NCBI GenBank assembly: GCA_036479435.1
Contig: JAZGFI010000262.1
Coordinates: 1 to 51,654, forward strand
Reading direction: 5' to 3'
Source: Planctomycetota bacterium
GTDB lineage: Bacteria > Planctomycetota > GCA-002687715 > DRQF01
Length of the DNA stretch: 51,654 bases
Shown here: one piece after another, positions 39,977 through 49,429 of the stretch
Layout of the letters: every line of letters begins with the position of its first letter
Numbering within the stretch: position 1 is the first letter of the stretch
Translations under genes and position numbers: made by a program
Notes under the pieces: model-generated
The model's input: only the letters and a program-made list of their open reading frames with translations
Databases searched by the model: none
What the model was told of the DNA's origin: nothing

Positions 39977-41316
39977 CTTTTTTCTCCCACTATGAACAAC
40001 GGCACTTGTCCACCTCCCGAAGTCACATTGCACAAACCTCCCACCCCCAGCCGCGCGAGCGCACCGACCATTTTACCCATGAAGAGATAAGGATCGAGAT
40101 CCACAAAAAGGTCGTCCGGCTCAAGATCGTTGGCCATCGACGGAAAGGGCTCCGTGGACAGGATGATACGTTCTTGGGCGACAAAGTCATTCCCGACCGC
40201 GGCGTCCAAGGCTCGGCTCCAGGCGTCTTCCTCGATCTCCCAACCCAAGGAAATCCCCTTGCCGCCGTAGTCGTCATTGGGTTTCAAGACGAAGTGCTCG
40301 CGGCGCTCACGCAAGAAGGGAATGAGATCGACGCTTTCACCTCGATAGTTGGTCTTTCCCGGCACGAGGTTTCTGGTCCAGGGCACGGCGGAATCAATCA
40401 GGCCGCACAAGCTATCGTCCATCCACGACTCGCGGTTGTCAGCCGTGAGGACGGCAAAGATCGATTTTTTGTGTACCAGCTTCGCCTGAAACGGATTCAC
40501 CACACACACTCGGCCCGCGCGGTAGGCATCGAAAAGCGGCTTGACTTCGTCGAGCTTCTCGATGAACTCATTCATCAGGACTCGCTTGTAGACCACGTCA
40601 ATCTTTTCGCCCTGTGCTTCTAGGCTATGCCCGTCAAACTCGAGTTCACGCGGGTCGACGATGATAGTCCGGTAACCTTGCGCTTCGAAATGGTCGCGGC
40701 AAATCTCGAACTCGATCGCCGTGGGCACATCGCGGTAGTCGACGATGGCAATCGTCGGTTTGTGAGCTCCAGAGAACTCTCCCCAGCATGTCAGCAGAGC
40801 ATCCAACATCGGGGGCAAGGTCGGAATCATGCGCATCGAAAAGGTGCGCTGAAACTCTTCGGCAAGCGGGTGCTTCAAGAAAGACTCGCTCAAGCGGTCA
40901 CCAAACCCCACGCCTGCCGGACACTCGCCGTTGATCTCGACGAACTTCGGTCCTTCGTGAGTCATAAAGGAATCCAAGCGCACGCAGGGCGCGATGTAGG
41001 AATACCCGGGGTCCGGCTGGACCATCTCGCGCTCGACTTCAGTCAAGTTGAGCAGGGCCATGAGCGCGGGATCTTCGAGCATGCGTTCCTTCGCCTGCAC
41101 GATACCGGCCATCGTGGCTTCCGCGACTGCGGCCAATGACGAGACTTCCGCCTCCGTCAGGAACTTGGGGCGCAGGTGATTGCAAAGGGGGCGGCCACCG
41201 AAATGGACCCCCCGCTCGAGCAGTTCTGAACGGAACCCCGGGAGGTGATCAAGGTGGAGGGCTCTTTTTTCGGCCAAAAGGGCGTTCCAAATCTCGGCAG
41301 CTTGCAAGGTCGTCAT
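39964..41316 (-). CDS. Circularly permuted ATP-grasp family ligase
   Basis: RLDSF...KFVEINGECP in N-terminal half; VLKPNDDYGGKGI; NVTSGGG near C-terminus. Confidence 0.85.
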   Translation of the reverse strand: MTTLQAAEIWNALLAEKRALHLDHLPGFRSELLERGVHFGGRPLCNHLRPKFLTEAEVSSLAAVAEATMAGIVQAKERMLEDPALMALLNLTEVEREMVQPDPGYSYIAPCVRLDSFMTHEGPKFVEINGECPAGVGFGDRLSESFLKHPLAEEFQRTFSMRMIPTLPPMLDALLTCWGEFSGAHKPTIAIVDYRDVPTAIEFEICRDHFEAQGYRTIIVDPRELEFDGHSLEAQGEKIDVVYKRVLMNEFIEKLDEVKPLFDAYRAGRVCVVNPFQAKLVHKKSIFAVLTADNRESWMDDSLCGLIDSAVPWTRNLVPGKTNYRGESVDLIPFLRERREHFVLKPNDDYGGKGISLGWEIEEDAWSRALDAAVGNDFVAQERIILSTEPFPSMANDLEPDDLFVDLDPYLFMGKMVGALARLGVGGLCNVTSGGGQVPLFIVGEKRCRS

Positions 41317-41381
41317 CAACTCCTCTGGGGTTCGGCGAACTGCCATTATCCACATTGCGGCAGTCTCGAACAGAGACAGAG

Positions 41382-41410
41382 CTGACAGACTTGAGCTAAG
41401 CGCTTACCAT
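41382..41410 (+). promoter_or_regulatory. Sigma70-type promoter, probably leaderless
   Basis: CTGACA-17 nt-TACCAT, then 6 nt to ATG 41417; no Shine-Dalgarno. Confidence 0.55.
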
Positions 41411-41416
41411 CTGGCT

Positions 41417-42709
41417 ATGTCCTCAGATCCGCACGATGCTCCGAGCTGTGTCGCTATTGTTAGCGCCGAAGTCGCGCCTTGGTTTTCCAGCGGGCGGCTG
41501 GGGGAATCAACTCAAACGCTGCCTAAAAGGCTCGCCAGACACCAAATCCGCTCCTTTACCGTCGCGCCCTTTCTGCAATGCCACGGCGAGTACGCGGCGG
41601 AATTCGAGACTGTCTGCGAAGAAGTCAGCATCAACTTTGCGGGGGAAAGGCAGGTCTTTTCGATTCTGCGGGCGCTAAATCCTGAAGATGATACCCAGGT
41701 TTTTTTCATTCGCGCCCCCGAGTTCCTGGAGGCTGGCGACGATCCCTACGGCCAAGATCGGGGCGATTCGGGATTGGGTAACCTCCGCTGGCTCTTTTTC
41801 GCAGTAGCATTTCGTCCTGCTCTACGAGCCTTGGAGCTAAGCCCCGGATTGCTTTTTCTTCAGGATTGGCCCACGGCCTTGATCGCGGTCTTAGACCGAA
41901 CCGATCACCACTTCGACGACGATGCCCACGCCTGCGCCGTTATTTTTTCCGTGCACGACCCCCGGCAGCAAGGCTGGCACAACCCGACGGATTGGCGAGA
42001 GGCCAAGCTACGTGAGGATCTCCTTGCAGATGACCTGCTGTATGAGGGTGAAGACTTGAATCTTCTAAAGGGCGGATTGTTGTTTTCCGACCTTGTCCTT
42101 TTCGGGCCTGACACATCACTCAAGTCGCTGTTTTCGCCGCAAAGCGAGTACGGTTTGTCGAGCATGTACGAATCCCGATCGGAGCATCTTAGAGCCATAC
42201 CGGGATCATCCGGTACGCCGCAAGACAAGATCGCATTGAAAGACGCCATCGATCTCGCCCTAAGACTCCGCAGTCAGCGGTCACGCGAAGACTTGTTGTT
42301 GCGCCGACTAGATTTGGAGCCGAGCGAAGCGTTCTTGGCACCCCAACGCGGCGTCCCTGAGTACTACCCAATCGACGCCCTTTTCCTGAGAGTCGTCGAC
42401 CCGCGCCGCCTCGCCGTTTTCTGGGAGGTCCAGGGCGAAGCCGGGCGCCAGGTCTTGGATAGCCTCAGCGCCGACGAGGTCTACGGCAGTCGATGGGAGC
42501 TGCGGCTTGAAGCCCTTGAATCCGGCAGTCGCTGGACGGTGACGGTTAGAGGGCTCACCAAGAACTGGTTCGTCGAGGTCGACCCCGGTCGCCAATACCG
42601 CGCCGAGCTTTGGATGAGCTACGGAAGTAGCGACGACGAACGTGCATTGAGAATGGCGACTTCGAACTTGGTGAGTACCCCACCCGACTTGATAGCCCGC
42701 TCGTCATGA
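41417..42709 (+). CDS. Degenerate glycogen synthase N-terminal (GT5) domain fused to DUF4912-like domain
   Basis: SAEVAPW..G.LG, QDWPTALI, FSVHD, NLLKGGL; C-terminal 'LRVVDPRRLAVFWEV...NWFV...GRQYRAEL...SNLVSTPP'. Confidence 0.75.
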   Translation: MSSDPHDAPSCVAIVSAEVAPWFSSGRLGESTQTLPKRLARHQIRSFTVAPFLQCHGEYAAEFETVCEEVSINFAGERQVFSILRALNPEDDTQVFFIRAPEFLEAGDDPYGQDRGDSGLGNLRWLFFAVAFRPALRALELSPGLLFLQDWPTALIAVLDRTDHHFDDDAHACAVIFSVHDPRQQGWHNPTDWREAKLREDLLADDLLYEGEDLNLLKGGLLFSDLVLFGPDTSLKSLFSPQSEYGLSSMYESRSEHLRAIPGSSGTPQDKIALKDAIDLALRLRSQRSREDLLLRRLDLEPSEAFLAPQRGVPEYYPIDALFLRVVDPRRLAVFWEVQGEAGRQVLDSLSADEVYGSRWELRLEALESGSRWTVTVRGLTKNWFVEVDPGRQYRAELWMSYGSSDDERALRMATSNLVSTPPDLIARSS

Positions 42710-44343
42710 ACGAGACATCCAACGGTTACTGCGCCCTCATTCTTCACACACACCTGCCCTACGTACACCACCCCGACTACGAGCACTTTTTGGAGGAAGA
42801 GTGGTTATTCGAAGCCTTGGCCGAGACCTACCTGCCCTTGCTTGCGCGCTTCATCGAGCTACGCGATGCCAGCATTCCTTTTCGGATCTCGATGTCCTTG
42901 ACGCCGCCACTCTTATTCATGTGGAAAACCGCGTCATTGCGGTCGAAGTTTGCAACCTATCTGAAAAACCGCGAATCCTTGGCGCGGCAGGTCGAAAAAG
43001 ACCCCGAGCGGTTCTTTCACTCCGAAGAAAGCGACGCAGACTCTCAGATTCGAAAACGCTGCATCGAGCACTACGTCGAGCGCTACCGCCGTTTGCAAGC
43101 GCTTTGGAAGTCCATCGACGGCGACTTGTTGAGCTCCTTCCGGCAACTCCAAGATGACGGCAATTTAGAAATCCTCGCCAGCGCCGCAACTCATGGATTC
43201 TTGCCGCTGTTCCAACGTAAAGAAGCCATTGCCGCCCAGATCCGCTTGGGTGTCGAACTCACTGAAAAGTGTTTTGGACGGCGGCCACGGGGATTTTGGC
43301 TGCCCGAGTGCGCCTGGCACGAAAAGCTCGGCGCCCCGCTCCGCGCCGCGGGCATTGAGTGGTTGGTGCTAGATCACCATGGCATCGTGGGCGCTGACCC
43401 TCGCCCCAAACACGATCACTACCGCCCCGCCGAAATCGCCGAGGGGCTATTCGCTTTTGGCCGTGACCCGCGATGCTCCGAGCAAGTCTGGTCATCCAAA
43501 GTCGGCTATCCCGGTGACCCCGCCTATCGAGAACTTTATCGCGACATCGGATACGACGCCGACTACCGCGCCATTAGGCCTTACCTGAACCCAGATGGAA
43601 TCCGACGCAATGTCGGCTTGAAGTTTCAGCGAATTACCGCTGATGTCGAACTGCACGAAAAAAAGAACTACGACCCCGAGGCCGCCGAGATTCGTACGCG
43701 AGCCCACGCAGCTAACTTCCTGGATTCTCGCCGCGATCAAATCGCAGATCTTCGTCGAACTCTCGACACCCGTCCGGTGTTGACTGCCCCCTATGACACC
43801 GAACTTTTCGGGCACTGGTGGTACGAGGGACCGTCGTTTTTGGAACAGCTCTTTCGTCAGCATCAACTTCGCGGTGACGCCGCGGGGTTCGAGTTCGCAA
43901 CTCCGTCTGAGATCCTCGACCATCGCGGCCCGCGATCTCGCGTCTTCGCTCATCCCTCGACTTGGGGTCGAAACGGGTATTCTGAAGTCTGGGCCAACGA
44001 GAAGAACGCCTGGATGTGGCCCCACTTGTTTGAAATGCAAAAGCGGATGTGCCAGCGCGCCGAGGAATTCAGCCAGCGAAACCCCACCTGGATGGAAAGG
44101 CGTTTTCTCAATCAAATGGTGCGTGAGCTGCTGCTCGCCGAGTCGAGCGATTGGCCCTTCATCGTCACGATGGAGACTTCTGCTCACTACGCAGAACGCC
44201 GATTTCGCGACCACGTACACCGCTTTTTTGCGCTCGAAGACGCCTTCGATGGCGCTCTGTTCTCGGAAGCCGAACTCCATAGCGTGGAACTCCACGATGC
44301 GGTCTTCCCCGACCTTGACTTCAGGATCTACGCCGGGGCTTGA
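42706..44343 (+). CDS. GH57 1,4-alpha-glucan branching enzyme (DUF1957 C-terminus)
   Basis: HTHLPYV, ETYLPL, FWLPECA, PYDTELFGHWWYEG, ESSDWPF. Confidence 0.93.
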   Translation: MNETSNGYCALILHTHLPYVHHPDYEHFLEEEWLFEALAETYLPLLARFIELRDASIPFRISMSLTPPLLFMWKTASLRSKFATYLKNRESLARQVEKDPERFFHSEESDADSQIRKRCIEHYVERYRRLQALWKSIDGDLLSSFRQLQDDGNLEILASAATHGFLPLFQRKEAIAAQIRLGVELTEKCFGRRPRGFWLPECAWHEKLGAPLRAAGIEWLVLDHHGIVGADPRPKHDHYRPAEIAEGLFAFGRDPRCSEQVWSSKVGYPGDPAYRELYRDIGYDADYRAIRPYLNPDGIRRNVGLKFQRITADVELHEKKNYDPEAAEIRTRAHAANFLDSRRDQIADLRRTLDTRPVLTAPYDTELFGHWWYEGPSFLEQLFRQHQLRGDAAGFEFATPSEILDHRGPRSRVFAHPSTWGRNGYSEVWANEKNAWMWPHLFEMQKRMCQRAEEFSQRNPTWMERRFLNQMVRELLLAESSDWPFIVTMETSAHYAERRFRDHVHRFFALEDAFDGALFSEAELHSVELHDAVFPDLDFRIYAGA

Positions 44344-44433
44344 AGGGCTTCGTGGCCGCTGATAAGCTCCCGCCCTGGGAGTCTTCAGGCTCCCGGAACC
44401 TAGCCTCGCTGGCCAACGGCGAGCCGAAAACAC

Positions 44434-44506
<73 letters not shown>

Positions 44507-44510
44507 CTCC

Positions 44511-44542
44511 AAAAGCCCTGGCCAATTGGTCAGGGCTTTTTT
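44511..44542 (+). terminator. Intrinsic terminator after tRNA
   Basis: AAAAGCCCTGGCC-aatt-GGTCAGGGCTTTTTT. Confidence 0.85.
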
Positions 44543-44644
44543 CTGTGGCCAGCGCCCGGTCTGTGCCCTTTTTTCGCTGCAGCTCCGGTCGGTTGCCGTA
44601 CCATGCTCGGGCCCCAATAACCGACTCAACAGGAATCAAAGACC

Positions 44645-45415
44645 GTGAATTCTGAATCGTCGGCCAAGCGGCTCAAGCAACGCTGGGAAGCGCTCGCTAA
44701 GACCGAGCGCCGCGACTACTACATTGCCTCGCACCCCGGTTGGGATGACCCCAAGATTTGGGCCAGCCGCGCCAGCGCTGATGCGGGATTCGTTCTTCAG
44801 GGATTTAGCGACGATCGCCTACGCGAAGCGAAGGTGTTGGAGATTGGCTGCGGCGTAGGACGCCTAGTTCCGAGCATCGCGAAACGCGTTGGCCGTTACA
44901 CCGGAATCGACATTGCGACTTCTTGTATCGCCGAAGCGCGCAAACGTTGCCAAGAACTCGACAACACCCGCTTTGAAGAGTGCAACGGCGAGGAAATCCC
45001 CGAAGCTGTTCTCGACCAACAGTATGACATCATCTTCGCCGCCGCCGTCTTCATTCATTGCCCGCTCGATGTCATCGAAAAAATGATCGCCGCCGCTTGG
45101 AAGTCTCTCGCCCCGGGCGGCGAGTTTCGCTTTCAACTCCGGGGCGACTTAGCGGACAACAAGGGCATTCAGATTCCACTCGAGGTCTTAGAAGAGATGG
45201 AAAAAGAGGAGCTCAAAGAGGCCCACCGCGGCGTCGAGCAAGCCAAAACCGAAGGTGACGAGCAAGCGCTTGAAGAAGACTACATGGGATTCGCCTTTAG
45301 CTATGACGCCGCGCAAGAGATGGTCGACCGCATCCTCCCCCACGACGTACAACTGCTGCGCATGAGCCACGCCTTCATCTTTGGCTTTGTCAGCAAAAAA
45401 AGCCTGAGCAGCTGA
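44645..45415 (+). CDS. Class I SAM-dependent methyltransferase
   Basis: VLEIGCGVGR, GIDI, YDIIF, LAPGGEF. Confidence 0.9.
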   Translation: MNSESSAKRLKQRWEALAKTERRDYYIASHPGWDDPKIWASRASADAGFVLQGFSDDRLREAKVLEIGCGVGRLVPSIAKRVGRYTGIDIATSCIAEARKRCQELDNTRFEECNGEEIPEAVLDQQYDIIFAAAVFIHCPLDVIEKMIAAAWKSLAPGGEFRFQLRGDLADNKGIQIPLEVLEEMEKEELKEAHRGVEQAKTEGDEQALEEDYMGFAFSYDAAQEMVDRILPHDVQLLRMSHAFIFGFVSKKSLSS

Positions 45416-45607
45416 AGTACCCTGGGCTTTGCTTTGGCTGGGAGGAAAGGGTGGTGACTTTGGTCTGACCCAAACGATCAGGGTTTGCGCTGGGGCTGCT
45501 CAGGCGGACAGTTAGTCGTTATAGTCTCGATCCCCGGCGAATGACCTACGAGACTGAGGCCCTTATTTTGAGGGCCTCTTCGCGGCTCAATCCAAGGACT
45601 CTCAACC

Positions 45608-47595
45608 ATGCTGCTATTTCGACGGACCGTTTGGGCCTTAGTATTCCTCATCTCAATCGCTACTGCCCCCGCCCAGGGTCAAGAAGAAAACAAGGGCGGC
45701 GACCTCCTCAACCGGCGAACCGCCGGGATTGTTGCCGTTGAGGCCCGCGTAGAGGTGGACTTCGGTGAAATGGGCTCGATGATGGGCCTTGGTGACGATG
45801 GGCTCCAAATTGACATCCAGGGTTCCGGCATTGTCCTGCGTGCCGATGGGCTCGTGGTCGTTCCTACTCAAGTTATCGAGATGCAAGTACCAGCCCTCGG
45901 CCCCGGTGGTACCGCCGACGTCGAGCGAACGGGCCTTTGGATCGTGGCGGGAGACGGTGTGCGACACGACGCGAAAGTCGTGGGCGCATCCGAGACTCTG
46001 GGTCTCAGCTACTTAGCGGTGACGGGCAAGGCGACGAAATTCGACACCATTGAGTTCTCAGCCAACGAGAGCATGGCCCTCCCCGGCCAAGCGCTGTACG
46101 GCATCGGCAGACTGCCGAAGCTCTACGGATACGTTCCGCGACTATTGAAGGGCTACTGCAGCGCTGTCATCAAAAAGCCCGTCGCTGGCATTCTCCAAGA
46201 GGGAATCACGGAAACCGGTTTTGCCGTCTTCGACGCCGATGGGAAGTTCTTCGGCATCACGGCGAAGACGCCCACTCCTGACGAGAAAGATCGCGGCGGA
46301 ATAGCGAACGTGCTTCTTGGATCCACAAAGGGCGCGAGCCACATCCTCGTGGTGTCTGGCCAAACAATTCTTGCCGACTTGGCCAAATCCACCGATGGCC
46401 TCACCATCAAGGCTTCCGGGCAAGCGGTCGGCGAAAAACCTGACGAAGGCGCGAAGTCAAAAGCCGAATTCATCGAGTACGCAAAAAGCCGCCTCGGCGC
46501 TGACGACGATTTTCTCGCCAAGTTGTTCAAAGCCGTCGACGTCGACGGTGACGGCTGGGTCTCCACCGAAGAGTTCGAGGGGCGCATGGATGCCATCCAG
46601 AAGCTTCGGCGCCAAGGCGGCGCCAAGGCGGCGACGGCGGCGGCGGCGATGACGGCGAAACACGCCGTCGCCGTCGCGAGCCGACCCCTCCGCGCGACAT
46701 GTCCGACCCTGAGGCCGACTACGACAAGCACGCGCGTCGAGCCGTCGAACGCGATTCGTTTCCGGTTTTCGACAATCCTGAAATGACGGCAGCCAAGGAC
46801 TCGACCCTTGATGATGACGAAGCAATCATCGGCGTCGTTGTGGAAGGCGAAGCCCGCGCCTACCCGGTCGCTGTCATGGGTCACATCGAGCTTGGCAACG
46901 ACACCTGCGGCCAAACCCCCTTCGCGGTCTCGTGGTGACCGCTTTGCCAGACGGCTATCGTGTATAGCCGACGCATCGAAGACCGCGTGCTCAAACTGGG
47001 TCACGAAGGCATGCTTTACCGCAACTCGTTCATCATGTATGACCATCAGACGAATTCGCATTGGGTCCACACCACCGGCGAGTGCGTTAAGGGCAAACTA
47101 AAAGGAAAACAGCTTCGCTTTATCCCCAGCTCAGTGATGACCTGGGGTGCCTGGCGCAAACTCAATCCGATGTCTCTCGTCCTCGAAGGCGAGATGACCA
47201 GAGGTTTCATGGGGACCTTTAGGCTCAACGCCAAAAGCCCCAATCGCTACGGAATCTCTATCGGGCAGGGCGCCACCGCCAAGTTGTTCTCCATCAAGTC
47301 CTTGCTCGTTAACCCCGTCGTTCAAGATCGACTCGGCGATGACGACGTCGTCATCTTTTTCGACAAAGAAAGCCTGCATGCCACCGCCTGGATTCGCGGC
47401 AAGAACGAGTTTCGTCAGGTCGACGGCAAAATCCTCGATCAACGCGGGCGCGAATGGAACGCCATGCTCGGTCAGCCCATCGGTGCTGACAACGCCAGCG
47501 AAAAGATGAGGCCCATTGCGGCGACGGTTTGGCTCATCGAGCGTTGGAGAGGCTTTTACCCCAAAGCATCTTCGCCTTCGCCCAAGGACAAGTGA
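45608..47595 (+). CDS. Predicted secreted selenoprotein: degenerate trypsin-like domain + EF-hand + DUF3179-like domain (UxxC), interrupted by an 11-bp duplication frameshift
   Basis: Signal peptide; EF loop DVDGDGWVSTEE; deleting one CGGCGCCAAGG copy (46607-46628) joins 45608 to the 46699 frame; TGA 46936-46938 reads W-U-P-L-C and the frame continues to TGA 47593-47595 (658 aa, Sec440 if fused; 298 aa, Sec80 from ATG 46699). Confidence 0.8.
46607..46633 (+). repeat. 11-bp tandem duplication CGGCGCCAAGG x2 plus partial third copy
   Basis: Direct reading; lies exactly at the frame switch. Confidence 0.9.
46945..46975 (+). promoter_or_regulatory. Candidate bacterial SECIS element
   Basis: CGGCTAT-CGTGT-ATAGCCG (46952-46970); 20 nt between the TGA and the loop; lower TGC/GCA pairing. 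Confidence 0.8.
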
Positions 47596-47616
47596 GAGCA
47601 AGCTTGGCATCGGCAA

Positions 47617-47659
47617 CATGAGAAGAGCCCCCAGGGATAGCCTGGGGGCTCTTCTCATG
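47617..47659. repeat. Perfect 19-bp inverted repeat (terminator or stabilising hairpin)
   Basis: CATGAGAAGAGCCCCCAGG-gatag-CCTGGGGGCTCTTCTCATG; no long T tract. Confidence 0.8.
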
Positions 47660-47750
47660 CGAACCCGATGAGCCCTGGCGCAGAACTTGACTCTCGGGGT
47701 GTTAGAATCGGGCTCGAATGATCGCCCATCTCTAGCCTTCGGAGAGCATC

Positions 47751-49385
47751 GTGCCGAAACACACGCTCCGCCTCATCTTCTGCTTTGGTGGCCTGATTTG
47801 CCTGCAAGCCTTCGCCAGTGCACAAGGGCTGCCAGACGGCCCCCTATGGGGCAGAGGTCGCGAGCCAGACGGTGCCAACTCGGTTTTTGCGACCTCCGAC
47901 GGCTGCGCGCTTTGTCACAGTGCGACAGATCGCGCCACTGCCATGCGGGACAAAGCGGGCAACGACATTTCGCCCTACCATCTGTGGCAAACGTCGATGA
48001 TGGCCAACGCCTTTAGGGATCCCTATTGGCGAGCCCAGGTCTCCAAAGCCACCCTGGCGCATCCGAAACAGGCGGCGGATATCGAAAAACTTTGCACCAC
48101 CTGCCACGCCCCCATGATGAGCCACACCGCGCGCATCGCCGGATTTGCCTCCTTCTCTATCCACGAGATCGAAGGCATGGCGCTCGCCGAAGATGGCGTT
48201 TCTTGCATGGTTTGCCACATGGCGCAGCCCGACAATTTGGGAAAAGTCGAGAGCTTCAACGGCAAGCTCGACATCCGCCCGGGACGCACGATCTTCGGAC
48301 CTTACCCCGAGCCCTTTGCCATGCCGATGAGGATATTCGCTGCGGCTAGGGTGACTCAGGGCAAGCACATTCAATCCTCGGCGATGTGCGGCAGTTGCCA
48401 CACCTTGGAAACTCACCATGCGGTCGGCGCCGAAGGATTCCAAGAACAGACGCCCTACTTAGAATGGCTCAACAGTGATTTTGCCGACGGCGCCAAAGAC
48501 GCGAAGTCTTGCCAAGAGTGCCACATGACTAACTACGGCACGACGCGCATTGCCCGCGCGCCTCACCGCGGGGATTTCAACATCCCCCCCCGCCCCAACT
48601 ACCGCGGCCACAACTTTTATGGCGGCAACGCCTACATGCTCGACATCTTCGCCGCCAACCGCGAGACCTTGGATGTGAAGGCCTCGTCCGCTGCCCTGAA
48701 CGCCGCCGCCCAAGCGACGCGCGACCAGTTGGCTAGCTCCACCGCCCAGGTCACGTTGTTGAACACCCGGGTAGAAAAGGGACGTCTGAAGTTCGACGTT
48801 CAGATCGAAAACAAGACTGGGCACAAGCTGCCAAGTGGTTACCCCTCAAGGCGCATCTGGCTCTCACTTGAAATCCGCGACGGCAATAAGCGCTTCTTCA
48901 TGTCCGGCGCCTATGACGATCGAGGCCGCCTAGTTGGCGTCAAAGATCCTCTGGCATTAGCGCATGTCGACACCGTCACGAAAGCCGAACAGATTCCGGT
49001 CTGGGAAACCGTCGTGCTGGACGCCAAGGGCAAGACCACCACAGAGTTGGTAGCCATGGCCCGCTACGGCAAGGACAACCGTCTATTGCCCCGAGGCTGG
49101 AAGAAAGACGGCGCCTTCGCCAAACGCACCACGCCGGTAGGAATCGGTACGGACAAGGACTTCCGTGACGGTAGCGATACCGTTCACTACGACCTTGATC
49201 TGAAAAAACACTCCGGCAAGGGGCTCGTCATCACGGCCAAGCTGCATTACCAGACGATCCCACCCGCTTGGGCCCTGGACTTGGTAGACGTTCCGACTAA
49301 AGAGGCCAAGATCTTCAACGACATCTACAAAAAGATGCCCACGAAGACCGAGATCTTGTCGTCGGACACGAAAACGTTGAAATGA
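47751..49385 (+). CDS. Secreted multiheme cytochrome c (5 CxxCH)
   Basis: Signal peptide; CALCH, CTTCH, CMVCH, CGSCH, CQECH; heme-free C-terminal domain with GHKLPSG. Confidence 0.92.
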   Translation: MPKHTLRLIFCFGGLICLQAFASAQGLPDGPLWGRGREPDGANSVFATSDGCALCHSATDRATAMRDKAGNDISPYHLWQTSMMANAFRDPYWRAQVSKATLAHPKQAADIEKLCTTCHAPMMSHTARIAGFASFSIHEIEGMALAEDGVSCMVCHMAQPDNLGKVESFNGKLDIRPGRTIFGPYPEPFAMPMRIFAAARVTQGKHIQSSAMCGSCHTLETHHAVGAEGFQEQTPYLEWLNSDFADGAKDAKSCQECHMTNYGTTRIARAPHRGDFNIPPRPNYRGHNFYGGNAYMLDIFAANRETLDVKASSAALNAAAQATRDQLASSTAQVTLLNTRVEKGRLKFDVQIENKTGHKLPSGYPSRRIWLSLEIRDGNKRFFMSGAYDDRGRLVGVKDPLALAHVDTVTKAEQIPVWETVVLDAKGKTTTELVAMARYGKDNRLLPRGWKKDGAFAKRTTPVGIGTDKDFRDGSDTVHYDLDLKKHSGKGLVITAKLHYQTIPPAWALDLVDVPTKEAKIFNDIYKKMPTKTEILSSDTKTLK

Positions 49386-49429
49386 CAAAGTGTCGCCAGG
49401 GCTGAATGCGCTGGCAACCTGCGACACCC

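Noticed and set aside
46629..46786. C-terminal 'AKAATAAAAMTAKH...STILK' tail of ORF 45608-46786 as genuine protein
   Set aside because: Better explained as out-of-frame read-through after the 11-bp duplication.
46936..46938. UGA reassigned genome-wide to Trp or Gly
   Set aside because: Many genes here end at TGA at their expected C-termini (mutL, tgt, miaA, GH57), and Trp is encoded by TGG, including the adjacent codon.
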